Shown piece by piece: positions 12,224-24,406 of a stretch of DNA of 64,000 nucleotides. Numbering within the stretch: position 1 is the stretch's first letter; each line of letters begins with the position of its first letter. The notes beneath the pieces are model-generated. The model was not told the origin of the DNA. It made no database searches and saw only the letters and a program-made list of their open reading frames with translations. This DNA comes from Octopus vulgaris. Taxonomy: Eukaryota. Position numbers and translations under genes: made by a program. Where the stretch lies: positions 8,494,001-8,558,000 of the forward strand of contig OX597827.1 of assembly GCA_951406725.2 (NCBI GenBank). The letters run 5' to 3'.

Positions 12224-13121
12224 TATTTTATTCAACTAATCTTTAACTCAAAAATGAATCTTTTTGTTTTCAATAAACGAATCATATCCTTTGTTTGCAT
12301 TTAAATTATTTTTGTAAGTTCTTGATATTTCAGCATTTTTTGTTTGTTCAACTTTCAATAATGATTAAGACACCTATATAAATAACTTTGGCACAGCTTT
12401 TGTCTGTGTACAGTATCAAAGTATATTCCTCAATATTCTTGTGTTCTTTTATCAAAGAAATGCCCTGTTTAAGATACTGAAATACTTTTTACTTCACAGC
12501 ACATAAGCTTATTTTATTTTATAAATTCTATTAACACAAATATCTTTCTTGTTGTTACCTATGATCCAACATAGAAAGACATTGCAAATGCTGTATCAAG
12601 TAACATTAGTCCTTTCTATGTCACAAGTCACAAAAGCTTTCAATCGCATTTACTGCCAAATACTAATGAATTTATATATTACCTGAGAGATTTCCACACG
12701 TGAAAGTAACTTTCTTAACACTATAACCCAGTTTATCAATTCCAATACTCTAAGTCATGAATATTATAAGAATTTAAAGAACTCAAGAAAAATAAATTCA
12801 TAATTCATTGAGAAGGTAGCTTCATCTGATATAAAAATATTTGTCTAAAAACACTTTGAACAAAAGGTAAAAATTATTGATTTTTTTTTTCTCTTTTTTT
12901 TTTTATGTAGACACAAGGCCTTGAATTGTTAAAATAAGAAAAATACGATTGTATGACATAGATGCCTTTCTCAAGGGCATTAGAGATGTTTTAACATAAC
13001 ATAAGATTTAACACAGGATCAATAAACATCTGCTGGTTCTCAATTTTGATGTATCTATAAAACTTCGCCATGAAATATTTTCGGTAGAAAAACAAAATAA
13101 CACACACACACTATATATATA

Positions 13122-13175
<54 letters not shown>

Positions 13176-13826
13176 TGTGTTATTCTCAGTCTTCAAATGT
13201 ATGGATGAATATATCATCGCCATCATTGTCATTGCAACTAAGCTTTAATACTTTTATCCAATTGCGAGCAAGGAGAGCTTCGTAGACTAGATAGCAAGTT
13301 CCTGGCAAAAATAATTCATATCTTATTTTTCAATTCTTCGATTTAACCATTTTCACTTCATTTACATCACTAATACTCTATAGAAAGGCATGAAGACAAT
13401 TTCATTTCACTTCCCTTATAAATATGAAGAATTGTAACAATGTGAGAAATCAATATTCTTTAGCCTGAAGCCACAGCACAACTCTCCCATCTATTTCCAG
13501 GTAATATATTCTACGTATTAGAAAAGCTATAGCAATGAATGTATTTATATTTTCTACTCTAACTCTAATTTTCCTTATAGAAATGATAAAATTATGCTGT
13601 GGCTCAAACTTTGTATACAATAAAAGATCCCAAACTTGTATTAAATCAGAGTTGATTCTATAAAAGTATATTGCTTAACCCTTTTGTGATTGTATTTTTA
13701 ATGACAGACACCAACACACATGTAGGCTTAGCTGCATGGTTATGATGTTTGCTTCAGAACCATGTGGCTTTGGGATTGCTCCTACTTCATGGCATCTTGG
13801 GCGAGTACCTTATATTATAACTCTGA

Positions 13827-15161
13827 AGGCGGTGAGCTGGCAGAATCGTTAGCACGCCAGGTGAAATGCTGAGCGGTATTTTGTATGCCGCTACGTTCTG
13901 AGTTCAAATTCCGCCGAGGTCGACTTTGCCTTTCATCCTTTCGGGGTCGATAAATTAAGTACCAGTTTCGCAATGGGGTCGATGTAATCGACTTAATCCC
14001 TTTGTCTGTCCTTGTTTGTCCCTCTAAGTTTAGCCCCTTGTGGGTAGTAAATAAATAGGTATTTCATCTGCCGCTACATTCTGAGTTCAAATTCAGCCGA
14101 GGTCGACTTTGCCTTTTATCCTTTCGGGGTTGATAAATTAAGTACCAGTTTCGCACTGGGGTCGATGTAATTGACTTAATCCCTTTGTCTGTCCTTGTTT
14201 GTCCCCTCTATGTTTAGCCCCTTGTGGGTAGTTAATAAATAGGTATTTCGTCTGCTGTTACCTTCTGAGTTCAAATTCCACCGAGGTCGACTTTGCCTTT
14301 CATCCTTTCGGGGTCAATTAAATAAGTACCAGTTTCGCACTGGGGTCGATGTAATCGACTTAATCCCTTTGTCTGTCCTTGTTTGTCCCCTATATGTTTA
14401 GCCCCTTGTGGGTAGTAAATAAATAGGTATTTCATCTGCCGCTACATTCTGAGTTCAAATTCCGCCGAGGTCAACTTTGCCTTTCATCCTTTCGGGGTCG
14501 ATAAATTAAGTACCAGTTTCGCACTGGGATCGATGTAATTGACTTAATCCCTTTGTCTGTCCTTGTTTGTCCGCTCTATGTTTAGCCCCTTGTGGGTAGT
14601 AAATAAATAGGTATTTCATCTGCCGCTACATTCTGAGTTCAAATTCAGCCAAGGTCGACTTTGCCTTTCATCCTTTCGGGGTCGATAAATTAAGTACCAG
14701 TTTCGCACTGGGATCGATGTAATTGACTTAATCCCTTTGTCTGTCCTTGTTTGTCCCCTCTATGTTTAGCCCCTTGTGGGTAGTTAATAAATAGGTATTT
14801 CGTCTGCTGTTACCTTCTGAGTTCAAATTCCGCCGAGGTCGACTTTGCCTTTCATCCTTTCGGGGTTGATAAATTAAGTACCAGTTTCGCACTGGGGTCG
14901 ATGTAATCGACTTAATCCCTTTGTCTGTCCTTGTTTGTCCCCTCTATGTTTAGCCCCTTGTGGGTAGTTAATAAATAGGTATTTCGTCTGCTGTTACCTT
15001 CTGAGTTCAAATTCCACCAAGGTCGACTTTGCCTTTCATCCTTTCGGGGTCAATTAAATAAGTACCAGTTTCGCACTGGGGTCGATGTAATCGACTTAAT
15101 CCCTTTGTCTGTCCTTGTTTGTCCCCTCTATGTTTAGCCCCTTGTGGGTAGTAAATAAATA
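13827..15161 (+). mobile_element. Family B SINE as a tandem heptamer, nested in a decayed family A SINE
   Basis: One head plus seven about 184 bp units. Perfect 16 bp TSD TATATTATAACTCTGA at 13811-13826 and 15162-15177. The host SINE halves (about 13722-13826 and 15178-15208) rejoin across the insertion. Confidence 0.92.
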
Positions 15162-15210
15162 TATATTATAACTCTGAGCCAACCAATGCCTTATAAGTGG
15201 AATCAGTACT

Positions 15211-15383
15211 CATCATCATCATCATCATCATCATCGTTTAACGTCCGTTTTCCGTACTAGCACGGGTTGGATGGTTGGACCGGGGTCTGGGAAGCCAGGG
15301 CCTGCACCAGGCTGCAGTCTGATCTGGCAGTGTTTCTACAGCCGAATGCCCTTCCTAACGCCAACCACTCCGCGAGTGTAGTA
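15211..15383 (-). mobile_element. Family C retroposon, 5'-truncated
   Basis: (CAT)n CGTTTAACGTCCGTTTTCC...GCCCTTCCTAACGCCAACCACTCC. Confidence 0.8.
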
Positions 15384-15405
15384 CTGTATGGGAATATTTG
15401 TTCAC

Positions 15406-15440
<35 letters not shown>

Positions 15441-15679
15441 GATTTCCCATCCCTTCATAAACGAGATTTGAAGAGAAGCAGTGATGATGTCTCTATTCTA
15501 TTAGTAAAGGTAAGGTAGTTCAGTGGTATGTTTCGACGAGTGAGGGACCAGAGGAATGAAGATACCTCAATTATGAAACAAGTGGAGCTTGGTAAGAAGA
15601 AAAGTCGTTCAGGTATAGAAAAATCTGCTTCAATATGTCGTGTATCCCCGATGGATAAACAAACATAAAAAGAACAACA

Positions 15680-15830
15680 TTGAAGATGAAGATGATGATG
15701 ATGACGGTGGAGATGATGATAATGATGGTGATGATGATGATGATGATGATGACGATGGTGGAGATGATGATAATGATGGTGATGATGATGATGATGATGA
15801 TGACGATGGTGGAGATGATGATAATGATGG

Positions 15831-15878
<48 letters not shown>

Positions 15879-16030
15879 CGATGGTGGAGATGATGATAAT
15901 GATGGTGATGATGATGATGATGATGATGATGACGATGGTGGAGATGATGATAATGATGGTGATGATGATGATGATGATGATGACGACGGTGACGACAACG
16001 ACAATGACAACAGCAACAATAACAACTACA

Positions 16031-16064
<34 letters not shown>

Positions 16065-16100
16065 CAATGCTGACAGTGATGACAATGCTGACAATGATGG
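15680..16100. repeat. Compound (GAT)n microsatellite with a higher-order unit
   Basis: The unit GAC(GAT)GGTGGAGATGATGATAATGATGGT(GAT)n recurs five times. Confidence 0.95.
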
Positions 16101-17966
16101 GCAGTAGAAACGACAACAATAACAGCGATAACATTGTATAAATACTGCAATTAATTTTTTTTTTTTAATAATTAAGAATTTGAATGAATTTAAAATAAAA
16201 AATAACTAACTATGACAAGCTGGTTTGAAACATAAATTAGCAACAATATTCTTGCATAAAATTATAAAGGATGCTTTTAATCTAAATATAAACACTTTAA
16301 AATGAATAATTATTTTGTATAATAGAAACAGAACCAGTCTCAGGTGAAATGGTGTCAAAAAGGCTAAAGAGAGTTAGTCATTCAAGTCAGAGACATTTCT
16401 AAACTTATAAGACACTTTATGGTAGTTATTTTTCCATAGATCTAAGCTACTGGTGTTAGGCACAAATTAGACATCACTCAGCAGTAATTTGGTTGTTGAG
16501 AATTATAACCGTCATTAAGCTTACTAATACTTTCGAATCGATGCTGTATGTGTAACTTTGCATTATAGAGTTTGGTTGTGTGGTTAAGAAGCTTGCTTTG
16601 CAGCTGCATGGCTTCAGGTTCAGTCCTACTCCATGGCACATTGGACAAGAGTCTTCTGTTATATCACAGGGCCAACCAATATCTTGTGAGTGAATCTGCT
16701 AGACAGAAACTATGTAGAAGCCTGTCATGTATGCATGTAACTTGTCTTCTGAACCTACTAATCCAGTCTCTCTGCAGGTGTTCTATTGTTTTCAGTACAG
16801 CGAGAATAGCATACAAGGCAAAATATATATATATTTATAAAGCAAAATAAGTCCTCTGGACATTACTGCTTTGAATCCCAGTATTCATAGGGCTGGGAAC
16901 CCATATTCTTCTTGGACAGAATGCCAGTCCATTTTGGTTCAAGAATGCAACACAAGCACACCACCCAGTTTAGGAATCGAACCCACAGTTGTGCAATTGT
17001 AAGTGCAGCATGTTAACCACTAATCTACATGCTTTCACTAACACACATGGAAATAAGGGCAGAAAGTTAGCCACAGTGCTATATGTGTGGACTTTATTGA
17101 AATGGAGAACTTCAGAGAGTGATTGATGCCTTTCTATATTACAGAACAAAATACATAACAGATTTATTGAGCAATGTAACTCAGCCGAAAATTCGAAAAA
17201 TCATAGTGCCTAATTTACATATTTGAGATTTGAATATATAATTAGCTCATTTGCATATTTGATTGGAATTGAATAGGTTGTTAAAAAAAATACTGCTTAA
17301 TACAAATAACCAGCATACCAAGTTTTATCAGTGGATACTTACAGAATTCAAGATATTTCATTTATGCATGTTAATTAGCTACACACAATCATTTATTGAT
17401 TACCTATATATTTGCTGATAAAAATTTTTCTGCAGACCGTATTTTCAAAAGTCTGTCATACATACAGGCAATAAATTACACGTTTTGATTTGTTTATAAG
17501 CTAAAACACTTGTGATATGCTTTTTCAGTCAATTTATGAACCAATTTCTTTAAATACAAGGATTTTTAAAAACAGGAAAAAAAAAAAACGCCCTAGCTTT
17601 TTCTAGTAGTTTCTTTATTTTGAAGTAAGTCCAAAGTATGCTAATTCCAGAATGAGTTGTCCAATTCTTACATTCTCTTATTCTTTTACTTGTGTCAGTC
17701 ACTGATCAATATAATGCTGGTGGTAGTCCTGGTAGGAGGGTGGTTGATCAAATTAACCCCAGTTACTGATTCTTTTTAAACCTGGTGTTTATTCTATCAG
17801 AAAGGGTATAAACAAACCAACACCTGTTGTCAAATAGTGAGAGACAAACAAAAAAACAAAAATTATACACAAACACACACACACACACACATGCACTCAC
17901 CTGAGGTGTTGTACTGTGGGAGTAAATACAAAGTCTTAAACATACAAACATGTCTGCATCAATATA

Positions 17967-18190
17967 TACTCTTTTACTTGTTTCAGCAATTTGACTGCGG
18001 CCATGCTGGAGCACTGCCTTTAGTTGAGCAAATCGACCCCAGGACTTATTCGTTGTAAGCCTAGTACTTATTCCATCGGTCTGTTTTGCCGAACCGCTAA
18101 GTTACAGCAATGTAAACACACCAGCATCGGTTGTCAAGCGATGTTCGCAGGGACAAACACAGACACACAAATATATACACACACACATAC

Positions 18191-18230
<40 letters not shown>

Positions 18231-18394
18231 GACGGGCTTCTTTCAGTTTCCGTCTACAAAAAACCACTCACAAGGCTTTGGTCAGCCCGAGGCTACAGTA
18301 GAAGTCACTTGCCCAAGGTGCCACACAGTTGGACAGAACCCGGAACCATGTGGCTGGTAAGCAAGCTACTTACCCCACAGCCACTCCTACACCT
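17967..18394 (-). mobile_element. Family A SINE
   Basis: Reverse-complement full-length copy. Confidence 0.9.
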
Positions 18395-18541
18395 ATATGT
18401 AATATTTTTTCACCAGGCATTGCTGGTTTTGGGTTCAGTTTCCTTGTGTGGCACATTGAGCAAGTGCCTTCAACTGTAGACTCAGGCTGACTAATGCCTT
18501 GCATGGGAATTTGGTCAATGGAAGCTACAAGGAAGTATGTG

Positions 18542-18573
<32 letters not shown>

Positions 18574-18776
18574 TGCACATATATATATACATACATGTTG
18601 GCACTCTTAAGTTTCAAGCACAATGCTAGTCATTAGTCATCATGCTTGAAACTCAAGAGCACCAATGGATTTGAATCAAACTATTGTGATTCATACATGT
18701 AACACCCAATAAATTAGTTGAGTGGCCTTCTTTTGTTTGTCCACTCATTGTATATATATATATATATATATATGAT

Positions 18777-19060
18777 AGCTCTCCAGAGGACCACAGCTCT
18801 TTAACATCCTCCCTAAATGCCTGAGAGACTTGCATGGTGTGGATGTGGGTTTCTTTAAAACTAAACTGGATCTCCTCTTGTCGGGGCCCCAGATGAACCT
18901 ACCTCATGACTGGAGACACAGATGCAGGCAGTGGCATTGAACTCCCTTGTTGACCAAGTGCCACGTATCAGACGTGGATTCACATATTAGTGTAGCTCAT
19001 TCAGTGATGGTGCCCCAGCATGGCCGCGCCTTCAGGCTAAAATATTTTTAAGGATTTGAG
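18777..19060 (+). mobile_element. 3' end of a CR1/Jockey-group LINE (ORF2 C-terminus plus 3' UTR)
   Basis: Translates RGPQLFNILPKCLRDLHGVDVGFFKTKLDLLLSG..PDEPT, matching the WN.LP...FK..LD C-terminal pattern, followed by a short tail. Confidence 0.8.
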
Positions 19061-19076
19061 GATGTTTATATATATG

Positions 19077-19121
<45 letters not shown>

Positions 19122-19246
19122 TAATCAAAATAAAAACATGATGCCAAGGATTTGACATCATGTTTTTATTTTGATTAATTTACTCCACCACCTACACCAC
19201 CAAACGGTATATACAGGTGCTTACAATTATCAAGTACTCACCCTGA

Positions 19247-19284
<38 letters not shown>

Positions 19285-19744
19285 TGATTGCAAATACTGA
19301 TAGGGCACAGAAAGTGTGTCAATGGCATATTCAGATTGTTTAAAAAATCGATAATAGGACCCTGAAAGGGATCCTTATATATATATTATATATTTCATTC
19401 CAAAAACTAAGGGAAATAACCCATTCACCACTGAAAGGGATCCTTATATATAGCCAAGGGAAATAACCCATTCATTTTCCTAAATTATTTGCTAAAAATG
19501 AAATTGAGTAAACTTTGTTTAAACTTACATCAGCCCTTAATCGGCAATAATGCTACAGTCTTTATCACCCCAGCTTTTTAACGTTTTTCTTGTTTTTTTG
19601 TATATCATGGATAACATTTCCCAATGTGTTCTTCCGTACTTTAATCTTCTTTCAAACATTACTGTGTGATTAGAAAACTTGTCTGAAATTTCTCTCCATT
19701 CAAATGACTACAAAAATGTTCTCTCAGTTAGGTAGACATGGCTG

Positions 19745-20065
19745 TGAAGGGTAGTAGTAGTAGTGGTGATACTGCTGGTGGTGGTGGTGTCGGCGGTGAT
19801 GGCGTTGGCAGCAGTGGTGGCGGTGGTGATGGCGGTGGTAGTGGTAGTGGTGGTGGCAATGGTGGGGGCAGTGGTTGTGGTGGTATCAGTGATGGTGGTT
19901 GTGATTGTGGTTGTAGTTGTAGTGGTATCAGTGGTGGAGGTGGTGGCGTTGGTGGTGTTGGTTGTAGTCATGGTGGCATCAATGGTGGTGGTGGTGGTGG
20001 TGGCAACTGCTGTTGCCACCACAGCAGTGGCAGCAATTGTAGTAGTAGTAGTAGTAGTAGTAGTA
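19745..20065. repeat. (GTG/GTA)n low-complexity trinucleotide tract
   Basis: Direct inspection. Confidence 0.9.
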
Positions 20066-20417
20066 TAATCAAGTGTTCCAGCCATGGCCATACAGTCTAT
20101 ATACATATCTAGCACCAGAGAGTTCAATGTATCCTACTTATTATATTCTAAGATGTAATCTGAGGGAGACTGTAGTGGCTGTTTCTAGGGGTTGAGCACT
20201 TTCATAAACATACTCACACACACACACACATTGTTCTGTCTTGGTCAAGGTTGACCTGTGGTTAAACGAAAACCACTTAATTTAGTACCTTAATTGAAAG
20301 ATAGGTAAAGTTTATATACATACTTGTAAACATACCTACATACATACACATCATGTATATATATACATACACATATACACATATATGAATATATATATAT
20401 ATTCATATATGTGTATA

Positions 20418-20456
<39 letters not shown>

Positions 20457-20514
20457 AGAGAGAGAGAGAGCACGATTTTTTCGTGATCAGAGGTGTTCGT
20501 AAACTGAGGTTCTA

Positions 20515-20611
20515 CTGTATGTATGTATGTATGTATGTATGTATGTATGTATGTGTGTGTGTATGTATGTGTGTGTGTATGTATGTATGTATTTATGTAT
20601 GTATGTATGTG

Positions 20612-20642
<31 letters not shown>

Positions 20643-20687
20643 GTATGTATGAACGTACGTATGCACGTATGTATATATGCATGTATG

Positions 20688-20733
<46 letters not shown>

Positions 20734-20940
20734 CGTACGTATGCACGTATGTATGTATGTATGTGTGTAGTATGCATGTATATATGTACGTATGTATGTA
20801 TGTATGTATGTATGTATGTACGTATGTATGCACGTATGTATGTATATATGTATGTACGTATGTATGCACGTATGTATGTATATATGTATGTACGTATGTA
20901 TGCACGTGTGTACGTATGTATGTATAAATGTATGTATACA
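20515..20940. repeat. (TATG)n / (TA)n compound microsatellite
   Basis: Direct inspection. Confidence 0.95.
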
Positions 20941-21778
20941 TACACACACCCACACACGTTCACACACGAACACACAAACACACATAAATATATATGTAAA
21001 CGCACAGGTATGAATAACGTACATGCGTGTGTGTGTTCGATATTCACCCGAACACACACACATACACACGCACATTATCCATGCCTGGCTTTTCTAACGT
21101 TGCAGCTAGTATCGACACAGTTATTTCCCTTCATTCTAAGCTCACTTCACACAAAACTGTTCTTTCTCTATATCCACTACTCCCAAACAGGTTCAAAGCT
21201 TGCACTAAATTCTGTTTGTCCTCTACTGAGCATATTTTTCTGGCAATATATACAAATATGCTACTAAACTTCTGGTAAGAATGCAATTCCTAAATTTATA
21301 TGCTACAAATGATTGTGGTAACTGACAGAGAAAAAAACCCGACAAAACTGCAAGACCTTCTTAAAATTGAACAGATGATGAACAAAACTAGATGCTTTTC
21401 TTCATCAGGTGGCTGGGCAAAATTAACAGTAAATTAAAAAGAGAAAAAGAATATACATACATACTTACATACGTACATACATAAGTACATACATACTACA
21501 TATGTACATGTATACATACATACGTACGTGGGTACATATGTATGTACATATGTACATACATATGTACGTACATACATATATACATACATATCTATATACT
21601 TTATCACAACTAGAATGCATACGATCATAGGTATACTTGATCAGAGGTTGACCTAGGGCTAAACAAAAAAAAAACAAACTCAACAGCATCCTGTCCTTGT
21701 GCACAAACTAAAAGAATCTGAATAAATAATGGATAAATGTATAAGATGACTTTGTCCAGCATGTTCTTTCCTTTGACA

Positions 21779-22106
21779 TGCTGAGACCCCCTTCGGTCAT
21801 GACTGCACCTAGAAGGTTACCCTCCCAGGCACAAGTCCGGGCAAGGTTGTTTACGGAAGACCAGCAGCCACCCATGCATACCGGCCTCCCATCTCCACGC
21901 CATCAGTGTTATCCAACGGAAAGGCAAAGGGCCCGATACAGCTTGGCACCAGTGACATCGCAACTCATTTCTACAGCTGAGTGAACTGGAACAACGTGAA
22001 ATAAAGTGTCTTGCTCAAGAACCCAACATGCAGCCCAGTCCAGGATTCGAACTCACAACCTCACGATCGTAAGCTCGACGCTCTAACCACGGAGCCATGC
22101 GCCTTC
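21779..22106 (-). mobile_element. tRNA-derived SINE, family D (CORE/V-like central domain)
   Basis: Head GAAGGCGCATGGCTCCGTGGTTAGAGCG...GAGTTCGAATCC with A and B boxes, domain CTTGAGCAAGACACTTTATTTCAC...CTCAGCTGTAGAAATGAG, TSD CTTTGACA at 21771-21778 and 22107-22114. Second copy at 46618-46957. Confidence 0.88.
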
Positions 22107-23370
22107 CTTTGACAAAGCTGTAGAATATTATTTGTTAAGGTTTTTCTACAGATATTTCTATAGAAATCATAGCTGGCACTGATTTTATCTGAGAAAGTTT
22201 TGGCTGCTATTTTTAGAGGGTTAAGTGTTTAATTAGAAATTACCTTGTTTCATGATTAAGAACTAATTGTTTTTTACATTCGTTGTTGTTATCGTTTAGG
22301 TCTAAGTCAGTCTAGATCTAGTAGACCCTTGATTAAAAGCTTTCCAGCCATGAACGACCATCCTGCTTTTCCCTCTTTTCAGACTCCGTTAACCAATGTT
22401 TCTTGTTTCAAGACAACAGGATTTGATCTAAAAGAGATCTGGTTATTGTTTCTAACAGATAAAAAAAACCATGTTGTGATTTCCTGTACTGGATTCTACT
22501 GTGAAGTGACCGAAAGTAGTATATAAAAACAGTGGAATAATTTGTTTTGTTTTTTTCATGAGGAAGGGCCTTACTCAAAGAATCGAATATTCATAGCAAG
22601 CTAATTTATTTCCCTTTGGAAACTGAAGCCATCACAAGTTTCCACAAGCAGAAACTTGGAGACAAGCAGAGTTACCTACCTTACACATATGCACAAGTCA
22701 ATGACTGTTTGAAAAATTTGTTCTAAAGTCTATGGGATCAGCGATCCATTCCCCTATCCTTAACAGACACTGCCTTTAATCGTTTATCTGACTGTTATAG
22801 GGTAATTATCTATGGAGCAGTAGTTAATCACTAGCGATTATTTGAGCATTGAGTCCTCGCAAAGTAAATCACTGTAGACGTCATTTACTTACTTATACAA
22901 GGGACACTACTGTAATATTTGTGTCCCGTTCTCTTCCACTCCGTCTTAATAGAGACATCTAATTAACCCTTTCGACACTGAACCTGTCTGAGACCGCCCC
23001 TCACGTTCGATGTTACAAAAAAACTGGTAATTCTAAAGCGTTCATTAATAAATAAATAAACACTTTCCGCAGTCGTTTTTCCAATTAAAATAATTCGTTA
23101 GTTTATCTTCAAACTTTCATTTCAGGTATTGGCCGATGCCCATGCTGGGGCACCACCTTGACGCTTTTAGTTGAACATATCGATTTCAGTACTTAATTTT
23201 TTAAAGCCTGGTATTTATACTAGGGACAACTTATTGCCGAATTGCTAAGTTATGGGGACGTAACCAAACCAATACTGGTTGTCAGGTTATAGTAGGGGAC
23301 AAAACACAAACACACACCACACAGACACTTGCACACACACGCACACACACACATACACACACATCATCAT

Positions 23371-23413
<43 letters not shown>

Positions 23414-23437
23414 GTGTGTGTATATATATATATATAT

Positions 23438-23653
23438 AAAGTTAATCCAAACAAGAAAACACAAATAAACAAAAAAAACACAACAATGCAAGGACGTAGA
23501 ACAAATATAGTATTATTGGACGCTCAGGAAAGAAGGGAAGAAGGAGGGTTTAACGTTTCGAGCGGAGCTCTTCGTCGGAAACATAGGAGAAGGAAAGATC
23601 CCGAGAAGGGAAGACAGAGGAAAAAAAATCGCCAGCGGTACTCCCGAGGTCAC
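23438..23653 (-). mobile_element. About 215 bp hammerhead-bearing element in (TA)n (Penelope-like pLTR-type remnant), family H1
   Basis: Flanked by TA runs and homologous to 61796-61995 in the opposite orientation. Carries a hammerhead motif. Confidence 0.7.
23548..23582 (-). ncRNA. Minimal type I hammerhead ribozyme motif
   Basis: GTTT CCGACGA A GAGC tcc GCTC GAAACGTT AAAC. The core has U4C and stem III is the palindrome ACGT. Confidence 0.65.
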
Positions 23654-23689
23654 ATATATATATATAGCCACAGGTACGATGAAAATGGC

Positions 23690-23870
23690 TCAAACGGGAA
23701 GGAAGAGCCATTTTCATTGTACTTGTGGCTATGGCGAAGGAATGTGTATGGTGGACGCATCTGAAAGGATTAGAGACAAACACTTTCCTCTCTGGTCAAT
23801 CTCTCATCAACTTCTTCAAGTATCACTTGAAGAGGAAGGTGAGAGTAGAGAGGAAAGTTTTGTCTAGTAA
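23690..23870 (+). mobile_element. Tx1/L1-group LINE ORF2 C-terminal fragment
   Basis: Translates EGRAIFIVLVAMAKECVWWTHLKGLETNTFLSGQSLINFFKYHLKRKVRVERKVLS, resembling the post-zinc-finger L..AK..IW..R motif. Confidence 0.6.
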
Positions 23871-23966
23871 ATGTTGTGTGTACTGCATATACTCTATACG
23901 CACTTTCTGACAAGTTGTGGTGCACCTGAGCACTGTATACAATAATTTCATGATTATTATTATTAC

Positions 23967-24022
<56 letters not shown>

Positions 24023-24406
24023 GCTGGAATATGTCCCCACTCATTCACAACTGATTTATTATCTAACATTCTTTCACTGACTTAAACATTTTGTTCCATT
24101 TCGTGCTACTTCCATCTTTATCCTTTAACCTATATAAATTGGACATGACCAGTACTTCTTTTTATTAAAACCTGGTATGTATTTTATTGGTTCCTTTTGC
24201 CGAACTGTTAAGTTAGGGGAATGTAATCAAACCAATACCAGTTACCAATCAGTGTTGGAGAACAAGCATACACACAAACACACACACACACACCATGCGC
24301 TTCCTTCTTTTTCGTTACAAATCCACTCATAAGGCTTTGATTGGTCTGGAGCTAACAGTAGAAGACACTTGCCTTAGATATTATGCAGTGGGACTGAACC
24401 CAGATG

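Noticed and set aside
13827-15161. CRISPR-like or retrozyme-type array
   Set aside because: Units are contiguous with no unique spacers and no cas genes, and I found no CUGANGA/GAAA hammerhead in the unit on either strand.
19283-19325. CTGATAG...AGAAAGTGTGTC as another hammerhead
   Set aside because: The core is non-canonical and there is no convincing stem I or stem II.
19738-20112. Gly/Ser/Cys-rich or Thr-rich (mucin-like) ORFs
   Set aside because: Degenerate GTG/GTA repeat open in several frames, with no splice or signal context.
22040-22106. tRNA gene
   Set aside because: tRNA-like head of a SINE that continues into core and tail with a TSD. There is no complete cloverleaf.
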